Of a DNA stretch of 48,463 bases, positions 26,660 to 35,879 are shown in pieces. Position 1 is the first letter of the stretch. Each line of letters starts with the position of its first letter. The notes below the pieces were generated by a model, which saw nothing but the letters and a program-made list of their open reading frames with translations, searched no databases and had not been told where the DNA came from. Where the stretch lies: NCBI GenBank assembly GCA_015065365.1, contig SVQL01000002.1, forward strand, positions 1-48,463, given 5' to 3'. The translations under genes and the position numbers were made by a program. The stretch is from Oscillospiraceae bacterium. GTDB lineage: Bacteria; Bacillota; Clostridia; Oscillospirales; CAG-272.

Positions 26660-27430
26660 ATGAAAATTCTCGCAATAGGCGATATTGTAGGTAGCGCGGC
26701 AGTAGCCTACCTTAATAAAAATTTATGGAAAAAGCGCGACGAGCTTGGCGTTGAGCTTGTCGTAGCTAACGGAGAAAACGCATCGGAGATACACGGAGTA
26801 AGTGCGGCACTCGCAGAGGATATTTTCGCGGCGGGCGTTGACGTGATAACGCTTGGTAATCACTCCTTTGGCAAGCGTGACATCTGTAATTTACTCAACG
26901 ACTCAAACGCGATAATTCGCCCTGCGAATTATCCCCCGTTCGTTCCCGGCAGCGGAAGCACTATAATCAATGCGTGCGGCTGGCGCGTGCTTTGTATGAA
27001 CGTGCTCGGTACGGCGCTTATGGAGCCGATGTCGTGCCCGTTTGAAACGGTGGATAAGCTTTTGGCAAGAGAAAAGGGAAATTACGATATTTCCATTCTC
27101 GATATACACGCCGAATCAACGTCCGAAAAGATCGCGCTCGCGCGTTATTTTGACGGAAGAATAGATATAATTTTCGGTACTCACACGCACGTTGCGACTG
27201 CGGACGAGCAGATACTTCAGGGTGGAACGGGATATATTACCGACCTCGGAATGTCGGGGCCTGTCAATGGAGTTATAGGTGCTGATGCCGCCGCCGTTAT
27301 CGAGCGTATGAGGACGAAGATACCTACTTATTTCAAAATAGCTGACGGTGAGGTTCGCGTATGCGGCGCGGTGTTTGATTACGACACCGACAAGCGATGC
27401 GTTACCTCGGTTAAGCGAATTACGTTCTGA
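26660..27430 (+). CDS. ymdB: YmdB-type metallophosphoesterase (2',3'-cyclic-nucleotide phosphodiesterase family)
   Basis: 256 aa. MKILAIGDIVGSAAVAYL...VVANGENAS...GNH...DIHAE...GTHTHV are calcineurin-like motifs in YmdB order. Confidence 0.85.
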   Translation: MKILAIGDIVGSAAVAYLNKNLWKKRDELGVELVVANGENASEIHGVSAALAEDIFAAGVDVITLGNHSFGKRDICNLLNDSNAIIRPANYPPFVPGSGSTIINACGWRVLCMNVLGTALMEPMSCPFETVDKLLAREKGNYDISILDIHAESTSEKIALARYFDGRIDIIFGTHTHVATADEQILQGGTGYITDLGMSGPVNGVIGADAAAVIERMRTKIPTYFKIADGEVRVCGAVFDYDTDKRCVTSVKRITF

Positions 27431-27442
27431 CGGAGGGGAAGT

Positions 27443-27817
27443 ATGTCAAATTCACTTAATATGTACTCCACAGCGGCGCTCGCTTATCTTGGCGACAGCG
27501 TTATTGAAATATGTGTAAGAGAACGGCTTGTAAAGGCAGGGTGCTCATCGTCTGCGGTGCTGAATAAAACGGCTCTTGAATACGTCAGAGCGACGGCGCA
27601 GGCAGAGGCAATGAAAAGGATTTTGCCCATGCTTGACGATGAAGAAAACGCGGTCTTTCACCGTGGACGTAACATCGGGCATACCAACACCCCAAAATCT
27701 GCGACGGTGGCAGAATACCGCGCGGCTACGGGTATGGAGGCGCTTTTCGGCTATCTGCACCTTGCAGGAAGAAAAGAACGTATAGACGAGCTCTTTGACG
27801 CCGCGTATCCGATATAA
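27443..27817 (+). CDS. mrnC: mini-ribonuclease III
   Basis: 124 aa. LAYLGDSVIEICVRERL and EYRAATGMEALFGYL are Mini-III signatures. Confidence 0.85.
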   Translation: MSNSLNMYSTAALAYLGDSVIEICVRERLVKAGCSSSAVLNKTALEYVRATAQAEAMKRILPMLDDEENAVFHRGRNIGHTNTPKSATVAEYRAATGMEALFGYLHLAGRKERIDELFDAAYPI

Positions 27818-27821
27818 TGCT

Positions 27822-28187
27822 ATGTATCCTTATAAAAAGGCATTAAAAGGTATCTCTCAACATTTGCGAAAGGAAATGACTCCGCAGGAAAAGCATTTGT
27901 GGTATGATTTTTTAAAAAAGTTACCCGTGAGTGTTAAAAGGCAAAAAAGTCTTGAGAATTACATCGTTGATTTTTATATTCCCCAATACAAAGTAGTTAT
28001 AGAAATTGACGGCAATCAACATGTAATGGAAGAAAATAAAGCAAATGACGAAAAAAGAGATTTTGATTTGGAACAGTGGGGAATACGAGTTTTAAGATAC
28101 AAAAATACGGATATTGATAATAATTTTAATAATGTTTGTAACGACATATTAAATCAGTTGAAATTATCAATAGAAGATATCAAATAG
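27822..28187 (+). CDS. DUF559 (Vsr-like endonuclease fold) domain protein
   Basis: ~121 aa from ATG 27822. MTPQEKHLWYDFLKKLPVSVKRQKSLENYIVDFYIPQYKVVIEIDGNQH is the typical DUF559 core. The gene is AT-rich, has no SD and starts 5 nt after the mrnC stop. Confidence 0.7.
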   Translation: MYPYKKALKGISQHLRKEMTPQEKHLWYDFLKKLPVSVKRQKSLENYIVDFYIPQYKVVIEIDGNQHVMEENKANDEKRDFDLEQWGIRVLRYKNTDIDNNFNNVCNDILNQLKLSIEDIK

Positions 28188-28197
28188 CAGTAGTGGA

Positions 28198-28396
28198 CTA
28201 CTCATCCGTCATTGACTCGCAAGAGCGGCTCGTCAATGCCACCTTCCCTCACAAGGGAAGGCTAACTATGAGGGAACGTTCATCAAAAAATCAATATTTG
28301 AATTACAAGTATAAATAAAATTAGTTAGGATTTGCTTGTCTTACTAACAGCCTTCCCTTGTGAGGGAAGGGGGACCGCGTAGCGGTGGATGAGTAG
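28198..28396. repeat. A/B palindromic element pair, locus 1 (A1 28198-28263, 85-nt AT-rich spacer, B1 28349-28396)
   Basis: A1 is CTACTCATCC-[hairpin CATTGAC..GTCAATG]-CCACCTTCCCTCACAAGGGAAGGCT. B1 is AGCCTTCCCTTGTGAGGGAAGG-GGGACCGCGTAGCGGT-GGATGAGTAG. The arms are mutually inverted (22 + 10 bp), and the same units recur at 35695-35830. Confidence 0.85.
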
Positions 28397-28429
28397 TAAA
28401 ATATTAAAGATCGAAAGGAAACAGAAAAA

Positions 28430-28936
28430 ATGACAAATCCCGTAATTAAAATTAACGTTCGTGACTTTGGCACGATGACAGCAGAGCTTTACCCCGAAAA
28501 AGCACCCAAGACCGTAGCAAACTTCTTGAAGCTTGCTGACAGCGGCTTTTTCTCGGGACTCATTTTCCACCGCGTAATAAAAGGATTTATGATTCAGGGC
28601 GGCGGATACACCGAGGATATGGGAGATACCGACGCAGAGTCTATTAAGGGCGAGTTTAAGGCAAACGGCTTTATGGCAAACGACCTTAAGCATACCAGAG
28701 GCGTTCTTTCTATGGCGCGTACCTCTGACCCCAACTCCGCGTCCTCGCAGTTCTTTGTAATGCACATGGACGCGCCTCACCTTGACGCGCAGTACGCAGG
28801 CTTTGGAAAGCTGACCGACGGCTTTGACGTGCTTGACGCTATCGCAAACGTAAGAACGGGCAGCTACGGCTGGTATATGCAGGACGTTCCCAAGACTCCC
28901 GTAGTTATCGAGAGCATTGAGGTCGTAAGCAGATAG
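28430..28936 (+). CDS. peptidyl-prolyl cis-trans isomerase, cyclophilin type
   Basis: 168 aa with FHRVIKGFMIQGGG and SMARTSDPNSASSQFF motifs. Confidence 0.93.
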   Translation: MTNPVIKINVRDFGTMTAELYPEKAPKTVANFLKLADSGFFSGLIFHRVIKGFMIQGGGYTEDMGDTDAESIKGEFKANGFMANDLKHTRGVLSMARTSDPNSASSQFFVMHMDAPHLDAQYAGFGKLTDGFDVLDAIANVRTGSYGWYMQDVPKTPVVIESIEVVSR

Positions 28937-29087
28937 CTATGAAGGACTCGAACGCTTATGGGCTCGAGTCCCTTATGGCTAAACACAAAACCGTCACAAT
29001 TTTTCACACAGCTTTTTGGTTAATTTAAAACTGTATTAAAATTATTGTGCTACAATATAGCATATAATTGTTTTGGAGGAGCATATA

Positions 29088-32000
29088 ATGCTTGAATTAA
29101 AGGATATACGCAAGCAGTATGGCGTGGGGGACTCCGTCGTTCACGCACTTGCGGGAGTTAGCCTGAAGTTCAGAGAGAATGAATTTGTTTCAATTCTCGG
29201 AGCGTCGGGCTGCGGAAAGACTACCATGCTTAACATCATAGGCGGTCTTGACAGATATACGAGCGGCGATCTTGTAATTAACGGAAAATCTACAAAGGAC
29301 TTTAAGGATAGTGACTGGGATACGTACAGAAACCATTCTATCGGCTTCGTTTTCCAGAGCTACAACCTTATCCCTCACCAGACCGTTCTTGCAAACGTCG
29401 AGCTTGCCTTGACGCTTTCGGGCGTGTCAAAGGCGGAGCGCCGTCAAAGAGCGACTGAGGCACTCACAAAGGTAGGACTTGGCGACCAGCTCAACAAGAA
29501 GCCTAACCAGATGTCGGGCGGACAGATGCAGAGAGTTGCGATTGCACGCGCGCTCGTTAACAACCCCGATATTTTGCTTGCCGACGAGCCTACGGGAGCA
29601 CTCGATACCACCACCAGCGTTCAGATAATGGATCTTCTTAAGGAGGTCGCACGCGAAAAGCTGGTCATTATGGTAACGCATAACCCCGAGCTCGCAGAGG
29701 AATATTCCACGAGAATAGTAAGACTTAGCGACGGTCAGGTGGTGAGTGATACCGCGCCCTATAACGGCGAGGACGTAGTCGTAACTCCCATTGAAGAAGC
29801 TCCCGTAGAAGCTGTAAAGCCTACGAAGAAAAAGGAAAAGGCTAAAAAAGCGGATAGAAAAAAGAGTATGTCCTTCGGTACGGCGCTCTCCCTGTCCTTT
29901 AACAACCTTCTTACCAAAAAGGCGAGAACCTTTCTTACGTCATTTGCGGGAAGTATAGGAATTATCGGTATCGCGCTTATTCTTTCGCTTTCTAACGGTA
30001 TTCAGGCATATATAGATCAGGTTCAGGAGGATACTCTTTCGACATATCCTTTGACCTTGAACAAAACTACGCAAGATTACGCTTCTATGATGCAGGCAAT
30101 GAATAGCGTCAGCAACGACGGTGACAGAGAATTTGACGAAAACAAGATATATGTAGACGACTCGCTGGGAACTATGATGTCTGCGATGTCGGCAACCGTT
30201 GAAAACGACCTCGCTAAGTTCAAGTTGTATCTCGAAGAAAACGGACACGAGATTGAGGATTGCGTAAGCGATATACAATACACCTATGATTTTGACCTGC
30301 AGGTGTTTACGGCAGACGGAAAAACACAGGTAAGCCCTACGGAAATGTTCGACAAGATGGGTGACTCATTTGAGGGTATCAGCGAAATGGTAAATATGGT
30401 TGGCGGTTTTGGAGTAATGTCCGAAATGATAGACAACCAAGAGCTTCTCAATCAGCAGTATGAGCTTGTTGGTGACGGTCATTGGCCTACCGAGGCTAAC
30501 GAGGTTGTTCTCGTAATCAGCAAAAATAACCAGATAAGCAAAATGACGCTCTATATGCTCGGGATTCTTCCTCAGGAAGAGCTTGAGGACGTTATGACTC
30601 AGCTTATGACGAACGGAACCTACGAGTCTGCTCACGGTACGGAGTACAGCATTGATGATTTCCTCGGCATGGAGTTTTATATGCTCAACACCTCGGATTT
30701 CTTTGTTGAAAACGAAGGTGACGAGTATCTTGACGGTTATAATACGTGGAATGACCTTCGTGACGATATAGGTTGGGAGGATAGTCGTGCAGATTTCGTA
30801 ACCAAGAACGGTACGAAGCTTGTTATTTCGGGAATTGTTCGTCCTAAGGCGGACGCGACCTCGACCTCGATAATGGGCGCAATTGGCTATACTAAGGCTC
30901 TTACCGAGCACATTCTTGACCTCAACTCCAAGAGCAAGATTATAAATCAGCAAAAGGCAACTCCCGAGTATAACGTCCTGACGGGACTTAAGTTTGAGAG
31001 AACGCACTACACCCCGGAAACAATTCACCTGCTCGTAGATAAGATAGACGGTGCTACAATGGAGAGCTTCTATTCTTACATGACGGACATGATAAAGACA
31101 AATCCCGAATTTTCCTCGCAGCTTAACGTTACGGAGAGCAACTTCGCGCAAATGTTCATGCTTATGCCCGAGGAGCAGCAGGTTCAGTTAGTTTCTACTA
31201 TGCTTGAAGCGGCAAAGGCAAATCCTGCAAACACGGCTACGCCATACGGTGGATTGAATTTGCTTTGTGCTACTATGAAGCAAATGATGGGTGGAACAAT
31301 AGAGGTTACCACCGACAATATTACCCAGCTTCTTCCTATAATGTCCATGGAGCAGCGATACGTGCTTGTTAACGGAGCGGCTGCTTCTCAAATGGTGCCA
31401 ATTGACATTCCGGGACTTTCGTCGCTTGCCGGCAACCAGGTTATGAGCAGTATTTATTCCGCTATGACAGAAGCACTGTACGATATGACGGTGGATGAGA
31501 ATATATTCTTGGCTTTGCTTGGAACTATGAAGGAGGATAGCGAGGAGTTCAAAACTCTTGAAGAAGCACTTTACAATCTCGCTCCTCAAACGGACGCAAC
31601 CTATGACTCTACTCTTAAGACGCTTGGAGATGCAGAGAGTGCAGACCCCGCCTCAATAAACTTCTACGCAAAGGATTTTGAGTCCAAGGATAAGATTGAG
31701 CAGTTTATTGCGAAATATAACGAGCCGAGAAAGGATACTCTTGAGGAGATAAAGTATTCCGACGTTATCGGAGATATGATGGACGCAGTTGCGCTCATTA
31801 TAAACGTAATTTCTTACGTTCTTATAGCATTCGTTTCCATTTCTCTTATAGTTTCCTCTATCATGATAGGAATTATAACCTATATTTCTGTTCTTGAGAG
31901 AACTAAGGAAATCGGTATTCTTCGTTCGATTGGAGCGTCTAAGAAGGACGTTTCAAGAGTATTTACAGCAGAAACGCTTATCGTCGGTCTTACGGCAGGA

Positions 32001-32213
32001 CTTATCGGTATAATTGCTACTGCGCTTCTGTGTATTCCGATAAACTTAATTATTCACGTTTTAACCAATATTGGTTCTATAAATGCGGTTCTTCCTTGGG
32101 TTGGAGCAATAGCCCTCGTGCTTATCAGCATGCTTCTTACGTTTATCGCAGGACTGTTCCCGTCGAGAATTGCGGCAAAGAAGGATCCCGTAGAAGCGCT
32201 CCGCACCGAGTGA
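29088..32213 (+). CDS. fused ABC transporter ATP-binding protein / FtsX-type permease (MacB-like) with very large extracytoplasmic domain
   Basis: ~1041 aa from ATG 29088 (SD GGAGGA). It has Walker [10 protein letters not shown], signature [15 protein letters not shown] and Walker [13 protein letters not shown]. One TM helix (~aa 290) is followed by ~570 aa of non-TM sequence and then three C-terminal TM helices of FtsX type. Confidence 0.85.
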   Translation: MLELKDIRKQYGVGDSVVHALAGVSLKFRENEFVSILGASGCGKTTMLNIIGGLDRYTSGDLVINGKSTKDFKDSDWDTYRNHSIGFVFQSYNLIPHQTVLANVELALTLSGVSKAERRQRATEALTKVGLGDQLNKKPNQMSGGQMQRVAIARALVNNPDILLADEPTGALDTTTSVQIMDLLKEVAREKLVIMVTHNPELAEEYSTRIVRLSDGQVVSDTAPYNGEDVVVTPIEEAPVEAVKPTKKKEKAKKADRKKSMSFGTALSLSFNNLLTKKARTFLTSFAGSIGIIGIALILSLSNGIQAYIDQVQEDTLSTYPLTLNKTTQDYASMMQAMNSVSNDGDREFDENKIYVDDSLGTMMSAMSATVENDLAKFKLYLEENGHEIEDCVSDIQYTYDFDLQVFTADGKTQVSPTEMFDKMGDSFEGISEMVNMVGGFGVMSEMIDNQELLNQQYELVGDGHWPTEANEVVLVISKNNQISKMTLYMLGILPQEELEDVMTQLMTNGTYESAHGTEYSIDDFLGMEFYMLNTSDFFVENEGDEYLDGYNTWNDLRDDIGWEDSRADFVTKNGTKLVISGIVRPKADATSTSIMGAIGYTKALTEHILDLNSKSKIINQQKATPEYNVLTGLKFERTHYTPETIHLLVDKIDGATMESFYSYMTDMIKTNPEFSSQLNVTESNFAQMFMLMPEEQQVQLVSTMLEAAKANPANTATPYGGLNLLCATMKQMMGGTIEVTTDNITQLLPIMSMEQRYVLVNGAAASQMVPIDIPGLSSLAGNQVMSSIYSAMTEALYDMTVDENIFLALLGTMKEDSEEFKTLEEALYNLAPQTDATYDSTLKTLGDAESADPASINFYAKDFESKDKIEQFIAKYNEPRKDTLEEIKYSDVIGDMMDAVALIINVISYVLIAFVSISLIVSSIMIGIITYISVLERTKEIGILRSIGASKKDVSRVFTAETLIVGLTAGLIGIIATALLCIPINLIIHVLTNIGSINAVLPWVGAIALVLISMLLTFIAGLFPSRIAAKKDPVEALRTE

Positions 32214-32233
32214 TTTTATTGAAAGGTTAAATT

Positions 32234-32662
32234 ATGGCTAAATTTAAAGCTTGGCTGTACCGCCTTATGTATGGGCGGTACGGCACCGATAAGCTCGGCA
32301 ACGTTATGCTTATCGCTTATCTTGTTATAGTTGTTACTCATACGCTGACATCACTCGTTTTTAACATCTTTGTTCCTACGTTTAATACTTTGTGGATAGA
32401 TCTCCCCGTTTACGCAGTGTCCTTGGCGCTCGTGTTCTTTATTTGTTACCGTATGTTTTCTAAAAACATAGCAAAGCGCAGACGAGAGAACGAAAAATTC
32501 TGTAATTTCTTTAGCTTGCAGAAAAACAAGTTCAGAGACAGAAAAACTCACGTTTACCGCAAGTGCCCCTCCTGCAAGGCGGTTCTTCGCCTGCCTCGCG
32601 CTAAAGGTAAGCACAGCGTCGTCTGCCCCCGTTGTAAAAACAGATTTACAACTCACGGTTGA
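32234..32662 (+). CDS. membrane protein with C-terminal zinc ribbon
   Basis: 142 aa with two TM helices, then CPSCKAVLRLPRAKGKHSVVCPRCKNRF. SD AAAGG is present. Confidence 0.6.
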   Translation: MAKFKAWLYRLMYGRYGTDKLGNVMLIAYLVIVVTHTLTSLVFNIFVPTFNTLWIDLPVYAVSLALVFFICYRMFSKNIAKRRRENEKFCNFFSLQKNKFRDRKTHVYRKCPSCKAVLRLPRAKGKHSVVCPRCKNRFTTHG

Positions 32663-32845
32663 GGATGCGGGGGACGCGAGGGATGCGTTCCACCTTTTTC
32701 GTGAAAAAGGTGGAACCAAAAAGCTTCACACAAATTTATTATTAGACGGACACATCGAAGAAATATTATTTATTGGTTGGATATTGTTGGTGTGTTCTGA
32801 TGAAGAAAGACGGCGGGCACTACGTACCGCCGTCTTTCGTTTTTT
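32661..32845 (+). repeat. R-element copy 2
   Basis: It starts at the stop codon of the upstream gene. Hairpin GTTCCACCTTTTT-CGTG-AAAAAGGTGGAAC is present, and terminator GAAAGACGGCGG/CCGCCGTCTTTC (32805-32838) is followed by GTTTTTT. Confidence 0.85.
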
Positions 32846-33022
32846 GGGGGATGCGGGGACGCGTTCCACCTTTTTCGAGAAAAAGGTGGAGCCAAAAAGC
32901 TTCCCACGAATTTATTATTAGACGAACACATTGAGGAAATATTATTCATTGGTTGGATATTGTTGGTGTGTTCTGATGAAGAAAGACGGCGGGCACTACG
33001 TACCGCCGTCTTTCGTTTTTTT
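32846..33022 (+). repeat. R-element copy 3 (tandem with copy 2, period 185 nt)
   Basis: More than 90% identical to copy 2 by eye. Terminator stem 32981-33014 is followed by GTTTTTTT. Confidence 0.85.
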
Positions 33023-33067
33023 AATTTATTCAAAAGATAGAACAAACCAAGGTATTGTTTTCTTTTG

Positions 33068-33097
33068 CTTACTTTTCTTTTCCAAAAGAAAAGTAAG
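33068..33097. repeat. perfect 30-nt palindrome
   Basis: CTTACTTTTCTTTT-CC-AAAAGAAAAGTAAG. Confidence 0.8.
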
Positions 33098-33130
33098 GCG
33101 CAACCCCCAAAACAAATTTTAAAAAAGGTA

Positions 33131-33159
33131 TTTACAAATGGGGAAAAATTGTGTATAAT
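33131..33159 (+). promoter_or_regulatory. cysE-cysS promoter
   Basis: TTTACA (33131-33136), 17 nt spacer, TATAAT (33154-33159) with TG extension. Confidence 0.7.
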
Positions 33160-33165
33160 ATAGTA

Positions 33166-33404
33166 TAGTAAAATCTGTGATCGGGAAGAAACCGAAGAGC
33201 GATACCAGAGATTTGCCGTCGTAGGCTGAAAGCGGCAATTTGAGCGACTCGGCTTGTGCGCCCGTGAGGTCCGTTTTTGAACGTTTGAAAATCAGTAGAT
33301 TACGGCGTTTTCCGCGTTAAGGATTAAAGAGATGGGGCATTGCCCCGAAGCAGAGTGGAACCGCGATATATCGCCTCTGTGTCCTTTGGACACAGAGGCT
33401 TTTT
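33166..33404 (+). promoter_or_regulatory. T-box riboswitch leader, cysteine specifier (UGC)
   Basis: Stem I has a GA/K-turn (TGATCGGG...CCCGTGAGG), an AGAGA box and a specifier loop CTTG-TGC-G (TGC at 33257-33259). The T-box sequence AGAGTGGAACCGCG lies at 33352-33365. Terminator GCCTCTGTGTCC-TTTG-GACACAGAGGC + TTTTT spans 33373-33404. Confidence 0.85.
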
Positions 33405-33421
33405 GTATGGAGGTATTTATT

Positions 33422-34195
33422 ATGGATAAATTGAATACGAGAAAAATCAAGAGAGAGGCGTTTCGCGCGTACGATAAATTCGACGAGGGCTTGACTGCGG
33501 TCGCTCGAGGACTTCATCACGCGAAGGACGGACTCAAGGCGGATATTGCCGCTGTAAGGGAGCGCGACCCTGCCGCGAGAAGCGACGCAGAGGTGCTTTT
33601 GCTGTATCCCGGCGTGCATGCGCTCATAGCGTACAGAATAGCGCACACCTTGCATACACACGAGCATTATTTTGCCGCAAGAGCTATAAGTCAGGCGGCA
33701 AGATGTGTTACGGGAATAGAAATACACCCCGGTGCTACCATAGGAAAAGGGCTTGTTATTGACCACGGCATGGGTGTTGTTATAGGTGAGACCGCAGAGA
33801 TAGGCGATAACTGTACTATATATCAGGGCGTGACTCTCGGCGGTACGGGTAAGGACGTCGGAAAGCGCCACCCGACACTCGGCAACAACGTAATGGTTGG
33901 TTCGGGTGCGAAGATACTCGGTCCGTTTACAATAGGAGACAACACGAAGATCGCTTCAAACGCGGTAGTCCTTGAGGAAATACCCGATTCCTGCACGGCG
34001 GTCGGTATTCCTGCAAAGGTAGTACGCAAGGAGGGAATGAGGGTAAACGATCTCGACCAGATCCACATTCCCGACCCTGTGGCGCAACAGATAAAGCGAC
34101 TTGAGGCAAGACTTAGCGAGCTTGAGAGTGAGCTTGCAGCTATAAAAAAGGCAAAGAAAACGACTAAAGGTGAGTCGGAAACGGAGGAAAACTAA
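33422..34195 (+). CDS. cysE: serine O-acetyltransferase
   Basis: ~257 aa from ATG 33422 (SD GGAGG); the ORF-track start at 33332 lies inside the T-box. Hexapeptide repeats [38 protein letters not shown] are present, plus an extra ~45-aa coiled-coil/acidic C-terminal tail. Confidence 0.9.
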   Translation: MDKLNTRKIKREAFRAYDKFDEGLTAVARGLHHAKDGLKADIAAVRERDPAARSDAEVLLLYPGVHALIAYRIAHTLHTHEHYFAARAISQAARCVTGIEIHPGATIGKGLVIDHGMGVVIGETAEIGDNCTIYQGVTLGGTGKDVGKRHPTLGNNVMVGSGAKILGPFTIGDNTKIASNAVVLEEIPDSCTAVGIPAKVVRKEGMRVNDLDQIHIPDPVAQQIKRLEARLSELESELAAIKKAKKTTKGESETEEN

Positions 34196-34196
34196 A

Positions 34197-35630
34197 ATGC
34201 TTTTATATAATTCGGCAACGAGAAGGCGCGACGAGTTCGTTCCCAACGAGGAGGGAAAGGTCAGCATGTATACCTGCGGACCTACGGTGTATCACTATGC
34301 GCACATCGGAAATCTCCGCAGCTATATAATGGAGGATGTGCTTGAAAAGTATCTCCGATACGTAGGCTACGACGTAACTCGCGTTATGAATATAACCGAC
34401 GTTGGACATCTGACGAGCGATGCTGACACCGGCGAGGACAAGATGCTCAAGGGCGCGAAGCGAGAGAAGAAGACGGTTTTGCAGATAGCGGAATACTACA
34501 CAAACGCGTTTTTTGAGGACTGCAAAAAGCTCAATATAAAGACCCCAGACGTGGTAGCTCCCGCAACCTCGTGCATCGACGAGTTTATTAAGGTTATTAA
34601 GTCCTTGATTGAAAAGGGATTTGCTTACGAGGCGGGCGGAAATATTTATTTCGACACCTCAAAGCTCCGTCAGTACTATATTTTCAATGATTTCCGCGAG
34701 GAGGACCTTGAGGTCGGTGTTCGCGAGGGCGTTGAGGAGGACGGAAACAAGAAGAACAAGGCTGACTTTGTTCTTTGGTTTACAAAGTCCAAGTTTGACG
34801 ATCAGGAGCTTAAATGGGATAGTCCTTGGGGCGTTGGATATCCCGGCTGGCACATCGAATGCTCTTGCATCAGCATGAAATTCCTTGGCGAGAAGCTCGA
34901 TATTCACTGTGGCGGAATTGACAATGCATTCCCTCACCATACTAACGAGATAGCACAGAGTGAGGCATTCCTCGGACACAAGTGGTGTAACTATTGGTTC
35001 CACGTACATCACCTGAATACAAATTCGGGTAAGATGAGCAAATCGAGCGGTGAATTTTTGACCGTCTCGCTTCTTGAAAGCAAGGGTTATAATCCGCTTG
35101 TATACAGGCTTTTCTGCTTGCAGTCGCACTACCGCAAGTCGCTCGTGTTCTCTTACGAAAATCTTGATAATGCGGTTATCGCTTATAACAAGATAGTCGC
35201 AAAGGCGGTATCGCTCCTTAAAGAGGATGCGGGTGAGGTTATCTCCGAGGATTTTGAGGCAGGAAAGGCAAAATTCTGCACGGCGCTTGACAACGACCTT
35301 AACACTTCTCTTGGTGTAACTGCTATATACGACGTTCTTAAGATGAAGACTACTCCTGCGACAAAGCTTGCGCTTATCGAGGACTTTGACAGGGTTTTGG
35401 GACTTGATATAGTTGTAGCTGCAAAGGCGCAGATAGAGAAGGAGCGCGAGGCGGCAGAGGCTGCGGCAAGCGATCCCTTTATCCAGGAGATCGAGGCGCT
35501 TATCGCAGAGCGTGCGGCGGCGAAGAAGGCAAGAGATTTTGCCCGCGCCGACGCAATAAGATCGGAGCTTACAGACAAGGGTGTTACTATTATAGATACG
35601 CCCGAGGGAACTAAATATAAGATAGACTAA
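34197..35630 (+). CDS. cysS: cysteine--tRNA ligase
   Basis: ~477 aa from ATG 34197 (MLLYNSATRRRDEFVP), with the HIGH motif (HIGN) and KMSKS. Confidence 0.95.
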   Translation: MLLYNSATRRRDEFVPNEEGKVSMYTCGPTVYHYAHIGNLRSYIMEDVLEKYLRYVGYDVTRVMNITDVGHLTSDADTGEDKMLKGAKREKKTVLQIAEYYTNAFFEDCKKLNIKTPDVVAPATSCIDEFIKVIKSLIEKGFAYEAGGNIYFDTSKLRQYYIFNDFREEDLEVGVREGVEEDGNKKNKADFVLWFTKSKFDDQELKWDSPWGVGYPGWHIECSCISMKFLGEKLDIHCGGIDNAFPHHTNEIAQSEAFLGHKWCNYWFHVHHLNTNSGKMSKSSGEFLTVSLLESKGYNPLVYRLFCLQSHYRKSLVFSYENLDNAVIAYNKIVAKAVSLLKEDAGEVISEDFEAGKAKFCTALDNDLNTSLGVTAIYDVLKMKTTPATKLALIEDFDRVLGLDIVVAAKAQIEKEREAAEAAASDPFIQEIEALIAERAAAKKARDFARADAIRSELTDKGVTIIDTPEGTKYKID

Positions 35631-35639
35631 ACAAAATAT

Positions 35640-35676
35640 GAGCTGTTCCTTTTGTGGGAGCAGCTCTTGTTTTTTA
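35640..35676 (+). terminator. cysS intrinsic terminator
   Basis: GAGCTGTTCC pairs with GGGAGCAGCTC and is followed by TTGTTTTTT. Confidence 0.7.
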
Positions 35677-35694
35677 ACAATGAATTCTAATTTA

Positions 35695-35830
35695 AGCCTT
35701 CCCTTGTGAGGGAAGGGGGACCGCTTGCGGTGGATGAGTAGTAAAGAAAGAACTAAATAAAAGACTACTCATCCGTCATTGACTCGCACCATCGGCTCGT
35801 CAATGCCACCTTCCCTCACAAGGGAAGGCT
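35695..35830. repeat. A/B palindromic element pair, locus 2, in permuted order (B2 35695-35741, 23-nt spacer, A2 35765-35830)
   Basis: The units are the same as at 28198-28396, but B precedes A and the spacer is short. B2 and A2 together form a long imperfect hairpin. Confidence 0.85.
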
Positions 35831-35879
35831 CACGCTGACGGAGATTTCTGCGAGTTATTGATTAACCTACGGGGGAGAT

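Noticed and set aside
28198-28396. A1-spacer-B1 as an invertible promoter (inverton) for the cyclophilin gene
   Set aside because: No convincing -35/-10 pair lies in either orientation of the 85-nt spacer, and no recombinase is nearby. The same units at 35695-35830 flank only 23 nt.
29073-29087. ORF-track start (TTG 29073) for the ABC transporter, and similar upstream extensions at 7078, 8579, 19208, 22193, 27795, 33332 and 34170
   Set aside because: The extensions overlap SD sequences, promoters, the T-box or the preceding gene. Internal ATG codons with proper SD spacing were preferred.
32661-33022. Tandem R-elements as a possible CRISPR array
   Set aside because: There are only two adjacent copies, with a 185-nt period, no unique spacers and no cas genes, and each unit carries its own terminator.
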